A stretch of 64,000 bases of DNA, from NCBI GenBank assembly GCA_028826165.1, contig JAPDFW010000063.1, positions 930,001 to 994,000 of the forward strand. Reading direction: 5' to 3'. Of this stretch, positions 22,860 to 37,460 are shown piece by piece (the stretch's first letter is position 1; each line of letters opens with the position of its first letter). The DNA comes from Anaeramoeba ignava BMAN. Lineage: Eukaryota > Protista > Anaeramoebae. The position numbers and the translations under genes were made by a program. The notes under the pieces were generated by a model, which worked only from the letters and a program-made list of their open reading frames with translations, did not search any database and was not told the DNA's origin.

Positions 22860-24680
22860 ATTTTTATTTATTTTTAATTAATAAAAAAGTAGAATAAATA
22901 ATTTAATTTAAAAATATGAATAATTAATATTTTATTAATTTATTAAAATAAATAAAATAAAAAATAAAATTAAATAAATTTATTTTTAAATTGATTTCTA
23001 AAAATTAATATATTATTCAAAATTAATTTATATTTTTATTTATTTTTAATTAATAAAAAGTGGAATAAATAATTTAATTTAAAATTTAAAAATATCAATA
23101 ATTAATATTTAATTAAATTTATTAAATATAAATAAAATTAAATAAATATTATTTTTATTGATTTAATTGATTATTCAAAAATTTAAAATTGGGAATTTAT
23201 TTTTATTTATTTTTAATTAATAAAAAAAGTGGAATAAATAATTTAATTTAAAAATATCAATAATTAATATTTAATTAATTTATTAAATATAAATAAAATT
23301 AAATAAATATTATTTTTAAATTGATTTTTAAATTAATATATTATTCAAAATTAATTTATTTTATATTTATTTTTAATTAATAAAAAGTGGAATAAATAAT
23401 TTAATTTAAAAATAATCAATAATTAATATTTATTTTTTAATTTTAAAATATAAATAAAATTAAATAAATATTATTTTTAAATTGATTTCTAAATTAATAT
23501 ATTATTCAAAATTAATTTATTTTATATTTATTTTTTAATTAATAAAAAAAGTGGAATAAATAATTTAATTTAAAAATATAAATAATTAATAATTTTAATT
23601 AATTTATAAATATAAAATTAAATAAATATTATTTTTAAATTGATTTTAAATTAATATATTATTCAAAATTAATTAAATTTATATTTAAATTAATAAAAAA
23701 TTTATGAATTTATTTTAATTTTAAATTAAATAAATTTAAATAAAATTTTTAAAATATAAATAATTAATTATTTTAATTAATTTATTTTTAAATATAAATG
23801 GAAAAATTAAAATAAATATTATTTTTAAAATTAATTTTTAAATATAAATAAATTAAATAAATATTATTCAAAAATTCAAAATTAATTTTTATATTTATTT
23901 TTAATTAATAAAAAGTGGAATAAATAATTTAATTTAAAAATATAAATATTTAATATTTTAATTAATTTATTAAATATAAATAAAATTAAATAAATATTAT
24001 TTTTAAATTGATTTTTAAATTAATATATTATTCAAAAATTAATTTAATTTTATATTTATTTTTAATTAAAAAATAAAAAGTGGAATAAATAATTTAATTT
24101 AAAAATATAAATATTTAATATTTTATTAATTTATTAAATATAAATAAAATTAAATAAATATTATTTTTAAATTGATTTTTAAATAAATTAATATATTATT
24201 TAAAAAATTAATTTATTTTTATTTATTTTTAATTAATAAAAAGTGGAATAAATAATTTAATTTAAAAAAAATATCGTCAATAATTAATATTTTAATTAAT
24301 TTATTAAATATAAATAAAATTAAATAAATATTATTTTTAAATTGATTTTTAAATTAATATATTATTCAAAATTAATTTATTTTATATTTATTTTTTAATT
24401 AATAAAAAAAGTGGAATAAATAATTTAATTTAAAAATATCAATAATTAATATTTAATTAATTTATTAAATATAAATAAAATTAAATAAATATTATTTTTA
24501 AATTAATTTTCAAATTAATATATTATTCAAAATTAATTAATTTTTTATTTATTTTTTAATTAATAAAAAAAGTGGAATAAATAATTTAATTTAAAAATAT
24601 AAATAATTAATATTTTATTAATTTATTAAATATAAATAAAATTAAATAAATATTATTTTTAAATTAATTTTTAAAAATTT
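22860..24680. repeat. ~160-170-bp AT-rich satellite, about 11 units
   Basis: Anchor AAAAGTGGAATAAATAATTTAATTTAAAAA recurs near 22888, 23058, 23228, 23385, 23549, 23913, 24078, 24241, 24409 and 24570, with one degenerate unit near 23700. Confidence 0.85.
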
Positions 24681-24728
24681 TTTTTTAAATTTTTCATTTT
24701 TTTTTCATTTTTTTTTTCTTTTTTTCAA

Positions 24729-26782
24729 ATGAAATCAAATCAAATTGTTTTATCAAATCAAGAAAATAAAATTACGACAACTTCAAAAGAAAATAAAATT
24801 GAACCAATAAAAAAAAAACAAATAATTTTAGAAGAAGAAGCATATTTACTTGGAATGAATAAAATTATTCAACGTGATTTTTGTCCTGATTTAGAAAGTA
24901 TAAGAGAACAAACAAAAGATTATCAAGATTTCATTGAATCAACACAAACAGAACCAAATTTATTCGACCTTTGTGGAATTGAATCTGATGATATTATTGA
25001 TTCAAATGGAAAAACAATCAATACAAACTTAAATTTAAATAAATATTTAGCAAAATATACAAGTCAAGATAATCAATCTTTTGCAGAAATTTTCGAAAAA
25101 ATGAATCAAGATGCTTTGAAAAGAAGAAAAATTCTTTCTTCTAAAAAAGATTCAAATGGAGAATTATTATTAAAAGATAGTTTAGACGAAACTCATTTAC
25201 TTACAGATTATCCAGAAGCGTAAATATATATTTTATAAATAATTTAATAAATAATTTTATAAATAATTTTATAAATAATTTTATATTTAATTTTATAAAT
25301 AATTTTATATTTAATTTTATAAATAATTTTATATTTAATTTTATAAATAATTTTATAAATAATTTTATTAATAATTTTATATTTAATTTTATAAATAATT
25401 TTATAAATAATTTAATAAATAATTTTATAAATAATTTAATAATTAATTTTATAACTAATTTTATAATTAATTTTATAATTAATTTTATTAATAATTTAAT
25501 AATAAATTTATAAATAATTTTATAAATAATTTTATAAATAATTTTATAAATAATTTAATAAATAATTTTATAAATAATTTTATTAATAATTTAATAAATA
25601 ATTTTATAAATAATTTTATAAATAATTTAATAAGTAATTTTATAAATAATTTTATATTTAATTTTATTAATAATTTAATAAATAATTTTATAAATAATTT
25701 TATAAATAATTTTATAATTAATTTTATAAATAATTTTATAAATAATTTTATATTTAATTTTATTAATAATTTAATAAATAATTTAATAAATAATTACAAA
25801 AAAAAGGAAGCAAACGATTCAAGAAATTTCAAATGCAAAAACAAAAAAAATTTGTTACAAAAACACACGACTAGAAAACGAATTCATTGAAAATCAATTA
25901 AGAACACCTAAAACACCCATTTCCCCATTAACACCAACAGAATATCAACAACAATATAAGGGAAAAACAGAGGAACAAGAAGGAGATAAAAAGAAAAACC
26001 TTGATTACATTGCAACACCTTCACCATATATTGGATCTGGTGAAGAATTAGACACTCCATTTATAACATGGGGAACAATTTCATCAACTCCCCAACGCAT
26101 AGAATCTCCTCAAATAAATCATCCACAAATATTTCAACACTCAAACTTCCATTTGGCTAAGCCAACTCAAAGAGAAAAAGTAGCTGAATCATTAACTTCA
26201 AAAATTACAAATAATTCAAATAAAAAGAAATTAACTCAAAATCATATGCCTTTATTTAAATCGCCACAGATTCTTTCTTCTTTAAGAAAAACCCCAAGTA
26301 CTATTGATACAAAAGTTCCATCAAGTCCAATAATTCACAATCTTGCCACAATGTCCCCAGCTGGATTGAAATTAATGATGAAATTAGGGAAAAATTCAAC
26401 TCCAATTCAAAATTCAATTAAAAATTTAACTCCAAACCGAAATTTAAATTTTAATCCAAATTCAATTAAAGATTTAACTCCAAAAAGAAATTTAAATTCA
26501 AATCAAAATTCAAATCAAAATTCAATTAAAAATCCAAATCAAAATTCAATTAAAAATCCAAATCAAATTTCAATTGCTCAACTTAAACTTCAAAAAAATT
26601 CAACACCTTTATTAGTTAAAGTTAAAAAAAGAAAATCTCCTTTATCTTCAAATCAATCAACCCAAAATTCAATTCCTAAAAATTTTTCAAATCAAAATTT
26701 TCAAAAAGAAAAAATTCCTTCTTATAGTTTAAATGTTCCTAAAAGAAAAGAATCGATAACTGATGGACTTTTAAAAAATTGA
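24729..26782 (+). CDS. ESS2: Splicing factor ESS-2 / DGCR14 homolog, 2 exons (intron 25220-25806)
   Basis: ILEEEAYLLGMNKIIQRDFCPDL, YLAKYTSQDNQSF, YKNTRL, ATPSP, TPFITWGTISSTPQRI, REKVAESL, MSPAGLKL. Confidence 0.85.
25235..25790. repeat. 12-bp repeat (ATAAATAATTTT)n in ESS2 intron
   Basis: Seen directly. Confidence 0.85.
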
Positions 26783-27000
26783 ATAATTTTGATTATATTA
26801 GAAATTGTTTTCTTTCTTTTTCTTTTTTTTTTGGATTGTTTTATAATTTTTGCAAAAAGATGAAAGAATAAAAATTTTTTCATTTTTTCATTTTTTTTCA
26901 TTTTTTTTCAATTTAATTTTTCAATTTAATTTTTCAATTTAATTTTTCAATTTAATTTTTCAATTTAATTTTTCAATTTAATTTTTCAATTTAATTTTTT

Positions 27001-30000
27001 ATGGAATTTTATCCAAAAGAAATTTCACAAGATCCAAATATTTTAGTTGGTTTAAATGGAGTAAAAGAATTGTGTGAATTAATACAACAAAAATTAAAAA
27101 GCAATTTAAAATTTGTAGAATTTACTGGAATGAAACCTCGTAAAAAAAAAGAACAAATAAATGAAAGAAAAGAAACAAAAGGAATAATAAATTCAAAATG
27201 GCTTTATTCTCAATTGAATATTTATCCTTCTGTTGTTATTTCTTGTCATACTTTTGATCCTTATCAAGGAATAAATGAAAATGAAATTATTGAACAAATG
27301 AAATTTCTTTCTCAAAATTCAGAAAGAAGATTATTTAAATCAATTATTTTGCTTTTTCATTGCACAACTGAAAAAGTGTTAAGTATATGATTCAAAATTA
27401 TTTATAAATTTACTTATAAAATTATTTATAAAATTATTTATAAAATTAAATATAAAATTACTTATAAAATTATTTATAAATTTATTTATAAAATTATTTA
27501 TAAAATTATTTATAAAATTATTAATAAAATTATTTATAAAATTATTTATAAAATTATTTATAAAATTATTAATAAAATTATTTATGAAATTATTTATAAA
27601 ATTATTTATAAAATTATTTATTAAATTAAATATAAAATTATTTATAAAATTATTTATAAAATTATATATAAATTTACTTATAAAATTAATTATAAAATTA
27701 CTTATAAAATTAATTATAAAATTAATTATAAAATTATTTATAAAATTATTTATAAAATTATTTATAAAATTAATTATAAAATTAATTATAAAATTATTTA
27801 TAAAATTATATATAAAATTATTTATAAATTTATTTATAAAATTAATTATAAAATTATTTATAAAATTAAATATAAAATTATTTATAAAATTATTTATAAA
27901 ATTATTTATAAAATTATTTATAAAATTATTTATAAAATTATATATAAATTTACTTATAAAATTAAATATAAAATTAATTATAAAATTAAATATAAAATTA
28001 TTTATAAAATTATTTATAAAATTATTTATAAAATTACTTATAAAATTAATTATAAAATTATTTATAAAATTATTTATAAATTTATTTATAAATTTAATTA
28101 TAAAATTAATTATAAATTTATATATAAATTTAATTATAAAATTATATATAAAATTAAATATAAATTTAATTATAAAATTATTTATAAAATTAAATATAAA
28201 AATTACTTATTAAATTATTTATAAAATTATTTATAAAATTAATTATAAAATTATTTATAAAATTATTTATAAATTTAATTATAAAATTATTTATAAAATT
28301 ATTTATAAAATTATTTTATAAAATTACTTATAAAATTAAATATAAATTTAATTATAAAATCAATTATAAAATTATTTATAAAATTACTTATAAAATTACT
28401 TATAAATTTATTTATAAAATTAATTATAAAATTATTTATAAAATTATTTATAAAATTATATATAAAATTATTTATAAATTTATTTATAAAATTATTTATA
28501 AAATTAATTATAAAATTATATATAAAATTATTTATAAAATTAATTATAAAATTATTAATAAAATTATTAATAAAATTATTTATAAAATTATTTATAAATT
28601 TATTTATAAATTAAATATTAAATTAATTATAAAATTATTTATAAAATTATTTATAAAATTAAATATAAAATTATTTATAAAATTAATTATAAAATTAAAT
28701 ATAAAATTAAATATAAAATTATTTATAAAATTATTTATAAATTTAATTATAAAATTAAATATAAATTTAATTATAAAATTATTTATAAAATTAAATATAA
28801 ATTTAATTATAAAATTAAATATAAATTTAATTATAAAATTATTTATAAAATTATTTATAAAGCTGAAAGCTTCGAAGAAAAAATAAGCTCGTTGAAAAAA
28901 AAACAACAATTCGAATATAAAAAAATGGAAATCTTATATTATAGAACAACAGAAGAAAATCAAGATTTACAAAAAATTCAAGAATTAATCAGAGATTTTG
29001 CAAATAAAATTTTCGAAAAGGAAATCCAAAAAATTAAAAAAATATTGGATCATCTAAACCAAAAAGAAACACCAATTAATTTGGCAAAATACTATTTCAA
29101 AATGGGATTTTTTTTAGAAAGAAAAAATAATCGGAAAAAAGCAATTACGATTTATAAAAAATGTTATGGAAAAATACAATCATTTATAGACGAAAAATTG
29201 ACAACACCTTCTGAACTAAAAGCAGTATCAGAAGTTGTCAATATTTGTATATTGAGAATACTATTTCGGCAAAAAAATACAAAAGAAGCATTTAAACAGT
29301 TCCAAAAACACATGATTTTCACCAAAAAACTCAATCCACAACCAGAAGAATACTCTTTTATTCAATATGAATATATTTCTCAACAATATTTGGTTCTTGC
29401 TCATTTTGTCAAACCATTTTCTAAAAGCCATTCAAGTTCTCATCTTCTTCATTGGCAAAATTTCGGCTTTTTTATCAATATTGCGGTTGATTTCGCAATC
29501 AAAAGACAAAAAATTGTGCAGAATTTAATTTCCAAATTTGGTCAAAATATTCAATCAACTCAATTGATTTCTCAAATGAAAACGCACCACAAAAGATTAT
29601 TTGATATTCCAAACATAGAATTCATTGGCAAAATTGAGGAAAAAGTCTCCTTTTATCAAGAACTCAAAAATGAGCAGAATTTTAATCATTCAAATCACAT
29701 TCTTAATCTTTTAAATCAAGCAAAATTATATTATTCCAAAAAAAGAGAAGGATTTCGAAATATCAAGTTAGTCATTGAAGAGAAAATTGCGGATCAACTT
29801 TTCCAAAACCGCAGCATTGAAAACTCTTTGGAAACACTTTCTGAGATTTCCAACAGTCTCAGACAAAATCAATGGTGGAGTTTACTTTCACCTTGTCTTT
29901 TAAAAATCAACCAATGCCAATCCATTCTCAAAAATTCTTCTGCTTTTGTTTATTCAATACTTGAACTTCTTCTCCCCAAAATGGACATAAAACAAGAACA

Positions 30001-31731
30001 AAGAGAAAAATTCCAAGAAATTCTCGAACAATTTTTAGAAGTAAATTCTGCTTGTTTTTCCTTTTATTTTTTAGAAAATTATTCATTGTTAATTTTATTT
30101 AATTCTCATCTTTTCTTTTATTTTTTTTGAAGAATCCTGAATCATTTTCTTTGAAAAGATTCCCAAAAACAGAAATAATCCGAATCAACGAAAAATCTCC
30201 ACTTTTCAATTTAGTCAAAATCAAAATCCAATTTTCCAAAATTAAATGCAAACAAAATGAAAATTTTTCATTCCAAACTTTTATGACTTCTTATTTTCCT
30301 AAAAAAATCAAATTCAGGAAGATAGAGTTCCATTTCAACTCAACAAAATACAACAGAATCATAGAAAGCACACAAGAAAAAGTACTTGAATTGGAACCAG
30401 AAAAGCCTTTTAAGATGGAATTCAATTACAAAGCAATCAAAATTGAAAAAATTAAATGTACCGAAATGACATTTTTTCTCGGAACAAGCAACAACGAGAT
30501 TGCGTTCAAATTAAACCCATTCGAGATTGCAGAAAACCAAGAATTTGATCCATATCGCTCTTCTTCACGACCCTTTATTGATATAATCATGCCAAAAACT
30601 GATACAACAATGGAAATATCGTCTGAAGAATGCCCCATTGTGAATGAATTTTTTCCAATAAAAATCATCATCAAAACCATCTCAGAAAATATTGAATCAG
30701 CAGAACTTGTTTTGGATGCGAATTCAAAGCAGAAAAAATGCAACATTTGGGACGAAAGCCTTTCAAAAAGAATAAACGGAGATCGAATCGCATTATCCAA
30801 AATACCACCGAATTCAACATTAGAAAAAATAGTACATCTTCAAGCAAGAAATGAAGGGCATCAAGTGATTCATTCTCGGTTGGATTACAAACTCCTCGCA
30901 GGTAATCCAACTTCCATTTTTTCAGAAAAAAATCTTCAAGTTCAGGAACCCTTTTCAACATCGTTTCAATTTTTGTCCCCAAATTTCAAATTCAGTTCAA
31001 ACTCAATTCCCTCGTTATCTTTTCCTACTCGCTTTTTTCTTCTGGTTTGTTTTGAAACCCTTGTTGATTTCCCTCTTGAAATCGTCAAATGCGAACTTGC
31101 TTTGAATTCCCCTTTCAAAGAAATATCAAATCAATCTGTTGATATTAAACAAAAAAAAAACTCACAAAACGGAATAAAAAATGTCAAATTTTCAAAATTA
31201 TTCTGCATTATTCCGCCAATCAAAATATTGAAAACATCCACTTTTCAACTTGGAAAAATTACACTTGGTTTCTATAGAAAAAATACAATTTCATTAGAAA
31301 ATCAGAAAATCTTCAATTCAAAACAAAAATTTTTGGTTAGTTCATCTTCAAGAATTCCATCAATTCAAATTCACAAAAAATCACTTGTTGTAGATGTTAA
31401 TGTCCCGAAAAAAACCGTAATAGGAAAAGTATTCAAAATGGTTTTGTTGATCGAAAACTATTCACACACTCAAAGAAATATCAAAATTGAAGTTGATTCA
31501 GATCATGATAATGAAAGTTACTATTTTTCTGGTTTATCTCTTACTAACTTGACTATTCTTCCAAGAGCCCAAATGAAACATGTTTTTCTTTTTGTCATGT
31601 TCAAAGAAGGTTTGATTTCTCTTCCACAAATTCAACTTAAAGAAGAATTACCCAATAAAGACTCAAGATTACTTCCAATTTCAAAAGAAATAAATGAAAT
31701 TTATGTTTATCCCAATTTGATCAAAAAATGA
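27001..31731 (+). CDS. TRAPPC11: Trafficking protein particle complex subunit 11 (foie gras/gryzun)
   Basis: MEFYPKE, GIINSKWL..YPSVV, YYFKMGFFLE, ELKAVSE, QFQKH, WWSLL, and C-terminal FSGLS..LTILP..GLISLPQI. Introns 27383-28862 and 30041-30132. Confidence 0.8.
27395..28860. repeat. 12-bp repeat (AAAATTATTTAT)n in TRAPPC11 intron 1
   Basis: Seen directly; explains the IKLF pseudo-ORF. Confidence 0.9.
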
Positions 31732-31955
31732 ATGAAAAAAAATATTTAAAATTAAAATTAAAATTAAAATTAAAATCTAAATAAATATTTTAACTTAAAA
31801 ATTTTTTTAATCCGATTTCTTTTTCTTTATTTTTGTTTTTAAAAAAAAAAAAAATTCTTGTTTAATTTGAATTTTTTTCGAAATTTGAAAGAATCAAAAA
31901 TCAAAATTAATTTGGAAATTGAATGAATTTAAGAATGAATTAATGAATTAATGAA

Positions 31956-34900
31956 TTAATCCAAATTAGCTGCTAATTGAGAATAATCAATCTCTGAATA
32001 TTGTTTTTGATTTGGACCTGATTTCTTGCAATAATCAATATGTTGAATAGTTGATTTAAAGAATAACAAAACATCATGAGAAACCAATTGAGAGAATTTG
32101 AAGTCATTTTCTTTCTTGTTTTGGAGAATTAATTGCAATAATCTGTTGATATAATCTGCATTGATTTCAGGAGCGCCTTTATCAAAAAAATAAAGACAAA
32201 CATTAAGAATTTCAAAAAGTAACTCGAACATGGCAGCAGGTTCCATTGAAGATCCAGCAACACGAATAGCTCTTGAAACGCATCCAAATAATCTTTTGCT
32301 ATCATGAAAATATGGTTTGATAGTAACGGTTTTTTCTACTTCTTCATCTGATTCTGATTCTGATTCTGATTCTGATTCTGATGAATCACTTGAATCTGAT
32401 TCTTTTTTTTCTTTTTTTTCTTTTTTTGGTTTTTTTTCTTTCGGTTTTTTTGTTTCTTTTACTTTTTCTTCAATGATAACATCATCTGCCCAAAATAAAT
32501 ATCCACATTTATAAACTGCTCTTGATTGATGTGTGTTTAACATTAATTTTGATGAATATCCTCCACATTGATTTGATAATGAACTAAAATTATCTTCTCC
32601 AAATGAACGTATTGTTTGAAGTGTTGAAATGATTAAACTTATGATATAATATTGTTGATTTGTTACAACGATGAATTCTTCATAAGCAAGGATAGCCTTT
32701 TTAAAATTTTTAAAATATTATAAAATTATAAAATTCATTTATAAAATTAAAATTCATTTAAAATTAAAATTCATTTTGAAATTAAAATTCATTTTAAAAT
32801 TCATTTTGAAATTAAAATTCATTTTGAAATTAAAATTCATTTTGAAATTAAAATTCATTTTAAAATTAAAATTCATTTTAAAATTAAAATTCATTTTGAA
32901 ATTAAAATTCATTTTGAAATTAAAATTCATTTTTTAAATTAAAATTAAAATTCATTTTGAAATTAAAATTCATTTTTAAATTAAAATTCATTTTGAAATT
33001 AAAATTCATTTTGAAATTAAAATTCATTTTGAAATTAAAATTCATTTTGAAATTAAAATTCATTTTGAAATTAAAATTCATTTTGAAATTAAAATTCATT
33101 TTGAAATTAAAATTAAAATTAAAATTCATTTTGAAATTAAAATTCATTTTGAAATTAAAATTCATTTTAAAATTAAAATTCATTTTAAAATTAAAATTCA
33201 TTTTAAAATTAAAATTCATTTTGAAATTAAAATTAAAATTCATTTTGAAATTATTAAAATTCATTTTGAAATTAAAATTCATTTGAAATTAAAATTCATT
33301 TTGAAATTAAAATTAAAATTCATTTTTTTAAAATTAAAATTAAAATTAAAATTCATTTTAAAATTAAAATTCATTTTAAAATTAAAATTCATTATAAAAT
33401 TAAAATTCATTTTAAAATTAAAATTCATTTTGAAATTAAAATTCATTTTGAAATTAAAATTCATTATAAAATTAAAATTCATTTTAAAATTAAAATTCAT
33501 TTTGAAATTAAAATTCATTTTGAAATTAAAATTATTTTTTACTTGTGTCATAAATTCATATGTAATTGCTTCAAATCCACATTTAGATGATGCTTGAGCT
33601 GCTTGAAGAAATAAACGAAGTGTAATTTCAGGTAAAATAGCTTTTAAAGAACTTAAAATTTTATGAACAAATTGGAAAACTTTTTTTGCAGTAAAAGGAA
33701 CTTCAATTTTTTTCTTTTGATGAGAATGAATTAAAAATGAAAGTTTTAAAGCAACAAAAATTAATGGATAAACAGTAAATTGGACTCTTCTTTCTCCACC
33801 AGTTCCAAAACTTGAAGCAAGTAACTTAAATAATTATAAAATAACAATTTGAATTTAAATTATTATTTGAATTTAAATTATTTTTTTGAATTTAAAATAT
33901 TTTTGATTTGAATTTAAATTTATAAACCTGAAGAATTTGAAATGTTTCATTGATATTATTAGGTGATGTAAGTAAATGAGCAGCACGACAAACAGATTCT
34001 TGTTCTGATTCAAAAATAGCTTGTTCATAATCATCATCTTTTCTATAAGGTGGTGCATCTTCTGAATCTTGTAATAAAACTTGAATTGTTTCAAGAAATT
34101 TTTTAACCTAATAAATAATTAATAAAAATAATAATAATAAAAATAATAAAATTAATAAATAATTAATAAAATAATTAATAAATAATTAATATAAATTTGT
34201 TTTTGAATCTATTTTCTTTTGTTGTTATTATACTTTATCAAGTTCAGAAATTATTGTTGCATTTTTAACAACATTATCAACAAAATCATGTGCTATTTTT
34301 CTTCTTTGTTCATAAGGAAGTAAATTAATAGATGAAGTAAATGATCCAAGTTCCAAAATCACATTTGCATTGTTATATTTTTCCAAAGCTGTTTTTAAAA
34401 TATCATAAAATTCTTGAATTTCTTTAGGATCATTTCTAAATAATTTTTGAATTTGAATTTTGAATTTAATTTTGAATTAATTAATTTTAAAATATTTTTC
34501 ATTTTTAATTTGAATTAATATACTTATCACTGGCTTCAATTAATTCTTTTGCTGAATTTAATATTTTTTCTGTATTATCAAGTTTTGCTAAATATAAAGA
34601 AAGAGAAAGTTTCAAAATATAATGAAGAATTGTTAACAACTCATATCTTGTAATTGTAGAACAAGTATCAGCAACACTTTGAAAAGAATTGAAAAAAACA
34701 TTAAAAATATCAACATCATTAGGAATCATTTTTGGATTTTCTTGAGAATATCTAATCAATCTATCAATTAAATCATTATAAATATTTTTGATATTAACTT
34801 CCGATTGAAGTTTTGCAATTGGTTCCAATAAAAGAGTTAAAGTCTTCAAATGGAATTCATCTGAAAAAACTTGAGAAATAACTTCCAAAAGATATTGTTG

Positions 34901-36335
34901 AGCAAGAGTATCATGACATTCAATAATTTGTTCAATGATTTTGGGAAGAACAACTCCATGATAAAGAGAAATATCAACTCCTTCTAATTGTGATAATCTG
35001 ACTAAATTGATTCCAATAAGTGTTCTTATTTCTGCTCTTTCTTTTTGATACATCATTTTCGCCTGTTTTTTCTTTTCTTCTGATAAATTAGCTGGTGGTG
35101 TTTGATATTGAATTCGAACCCATAATTTATTTGATTCAACAAAATTGAAAAGAATAAAATCAATGCTATCTTTAACACTTCCATCTCTTGAACTTAAATT
35201 TTAATAATATTATTATCAATAAAAAATTTTTTTTATTATTTTTTTTTTGAATGAAATATTTACTTTGAATATTCAGAATTTAAATCGGGAAGTTTATCTT
35301 TTGTCATTTGAATTAAATAGTAACGAAGAAAGAGACCTTTTGTTGGATGTTGAATTCCTCTACACATATCAACTAAATCTTGAAGGACATCCTTTTAATA
35401 TTAATTATTTTAAATTTTAATTTTAATTTTAAATTTAATATTAATTTTAATTTTAATTTTAATTTTAATATTAATTTTAATTTTAAATTTAATTTTAATT
35501 TTAATTTTAATTTTAATTTTAATTTTAATTTTAATTTTATAAATGAATTTTAATTTTAATTTTAATTTTGATTTTAAATTTTAAATTAATTTTGATTTTA
35601 ATTTTGATTTTAATTTTAAATTTAATTTTGATTTTAAATTTAATTTTGATTTTAATTTTAATTTTAAATTTTAATTTTAATTTTAATTTTAAATTTTAAT
35701 TTTAATTTTAATTTTAATTTTATAAATGAATTTTAATTTTTATTTTATATTAACTTTGACTGGAACTTCTTTGCTTTTTATTAAAACAGATCCACAAGTA
35801 ACAAGTAAATATAATCTTGGAAGAACTTTTCCTGTAAATTGAACTCTTTTATAAATTTCAATAGCTTTTGTTCCCTTTTTAATTTCATCATGAAGATATA
35901 ACTCAAGATAACGAAGTTCATCAAAAATTAACATATCTTTTAAATAAATAAATTAATTATTAATAATTTTTATTTAAAAAAAAAAAAGAAAAATATTTAA
36001 ATTAAATTATTTTTTTTTAATTACAAAGATTATAATAATTTTTGGGTGATAAAGCCGTTGTTGATAATTCTTCAATCATAGAAGATGCTTTATCAAGAGC
36101 TATCCATGTTTTTTGTTCGTCTAAATCCTTTCTCATAAAGAAAGCAATTCTTTGAACCTTTAAAGAAAAAAAAATTTTTTTCAGTTTAAATTAAATTTTT
36201 TTATTTTTATATTTTTTTTTTGGTTACTTTTGTTGTTATTTCTTTTAAAATTTGTGCTTGTTCTTGATCTGGAGTTAAAATACTTTGTAATTTTGATTTA
36301 ACTGATTTTGCTCTTTTTGCAAGTGGATTTGACAT
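31956..36335 (-). CDS. VPS35: Vacuolar protein sorting 35 (retromer)
   Basis: [108 protein letters not shown]. Many GT-AG introns. Confidence 0.95.
32730..33535. repeat. 18-bp repeat (AAATTAAAATTCATTTTG)n in VPS35 intron
   Basis: Seen directly. Confidence 0.9.
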
Positions 36336-36454
36336 TTTTGTTTTTAAACTTTGATGAAAAAATGAAAAATGAAAAAATGAAAAAATGAAAAATGAAAAAA
36401 TGTTTTTTTTTATTGACTTTAATTTGTAAAAAAAAAAAGTGAAAATGTTTAACT

Positions 36455-37460
36455 TTAAAAATTTGTTTTGTATTCAACAAATTCTTTATTTGGTTTTAAA
36501 AGAAATTCTTTATCTACTTTATATTCTGTTTCGTTTCTAATTTCAAGAAAAATTTGAGTAAGAAGTTTTCCAAGAAAATTTGTTCCATTTCCATAAAGTC
36601 CATCAGCCCATTGTTTATCATTTTTTGTATGTTCAATAAAAAGGAAATTTTCTTTTGTTTGAATTAATGTATCCATAATATATCTAAATTCGGAATTTGG
36701 TTCTTTAAATTTCAATCTTAAACCAGCAAGCATCTTTAATTAAATATTAAAATTAAAATTCATTTATAAATTAAAATTAAAATCAAAATTAAAATTAAAA
36801 TCAAATTCAATATTAAAATTAAAATTAAAATTAAAATCAAAATTAAAATTAAAATTAAAATTAAAATTAAAATTAAAATTAAAATTAAAAATTAAAATTA
36901 AAATTAATTACAACATAGATTTTTTTGTGATCCCAATTTTCAATTCTAGGAGGATAACCAGTTTTAGATCTAATAACTCTCTTCTTTTTAGAAACAACAA
37001 AATCTGAAGGATTAACACCAAGTTGAATCAATTGATTTTTCTCTTTTGTAGATAAAGAATATCTTCCTTGACCATAACCAGCAGCTTTAGAAGGATTTAA
37101 ATGAAGAGCAATAAAACGAGCATCTGCTTCTAAAAGTGATTTTGTTGATTGAAAAAAATTTTCCACACTTGGTACTTCATTTTCAAGAAGAAAATCATGA
37201 AAAACAATTTGTTCTTTTTGTTCTTCTTCATAAATTGATGGAAAAAATTTGCTTTTTATATTCAATTTTGATGGGAATAAATTCGAAAATACTCTTCTTC
37301 CTGGATTCGATATTCCTAATTTTTCATCCTCTTCTTCATATGGTTCTTTTTTTGTGTGTGAATAAAAGGGAATTACTTTAGTAACTTGATATTCGATATT
37401 GTTGAAAATTTGAACTGTTTTTTTAGAAAATGGTTGAATTTCAACTTGATTTTCTTTCAT
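36455..37460 (-). CDS. NADAR-superfamily (YbiA/DUF1768-like) protein, 2 exons
   Basis: FSNLFP, SVENFFQSTK, PSKAAGYG, WDHKKIYV|MLAGLRLKF, IEHTKNDKQWADG..GTNFLGKLL match the NADAR consensus. Intron approx. 36734-36911. Confidence 0.85.

Noticed and set aside
22830-22860. tRNA gene suggested by GGTTAAATCC...GGCA
   Set aside because: No 5' acceptor strand, D arm or anticodon arm can be folded.
22860-24680. CRISPR-like array
   Set aside because: The sequence between anchors is homologous from unit to unit rather than unique spacers; there are no cas genes and the context is eukaryotic.
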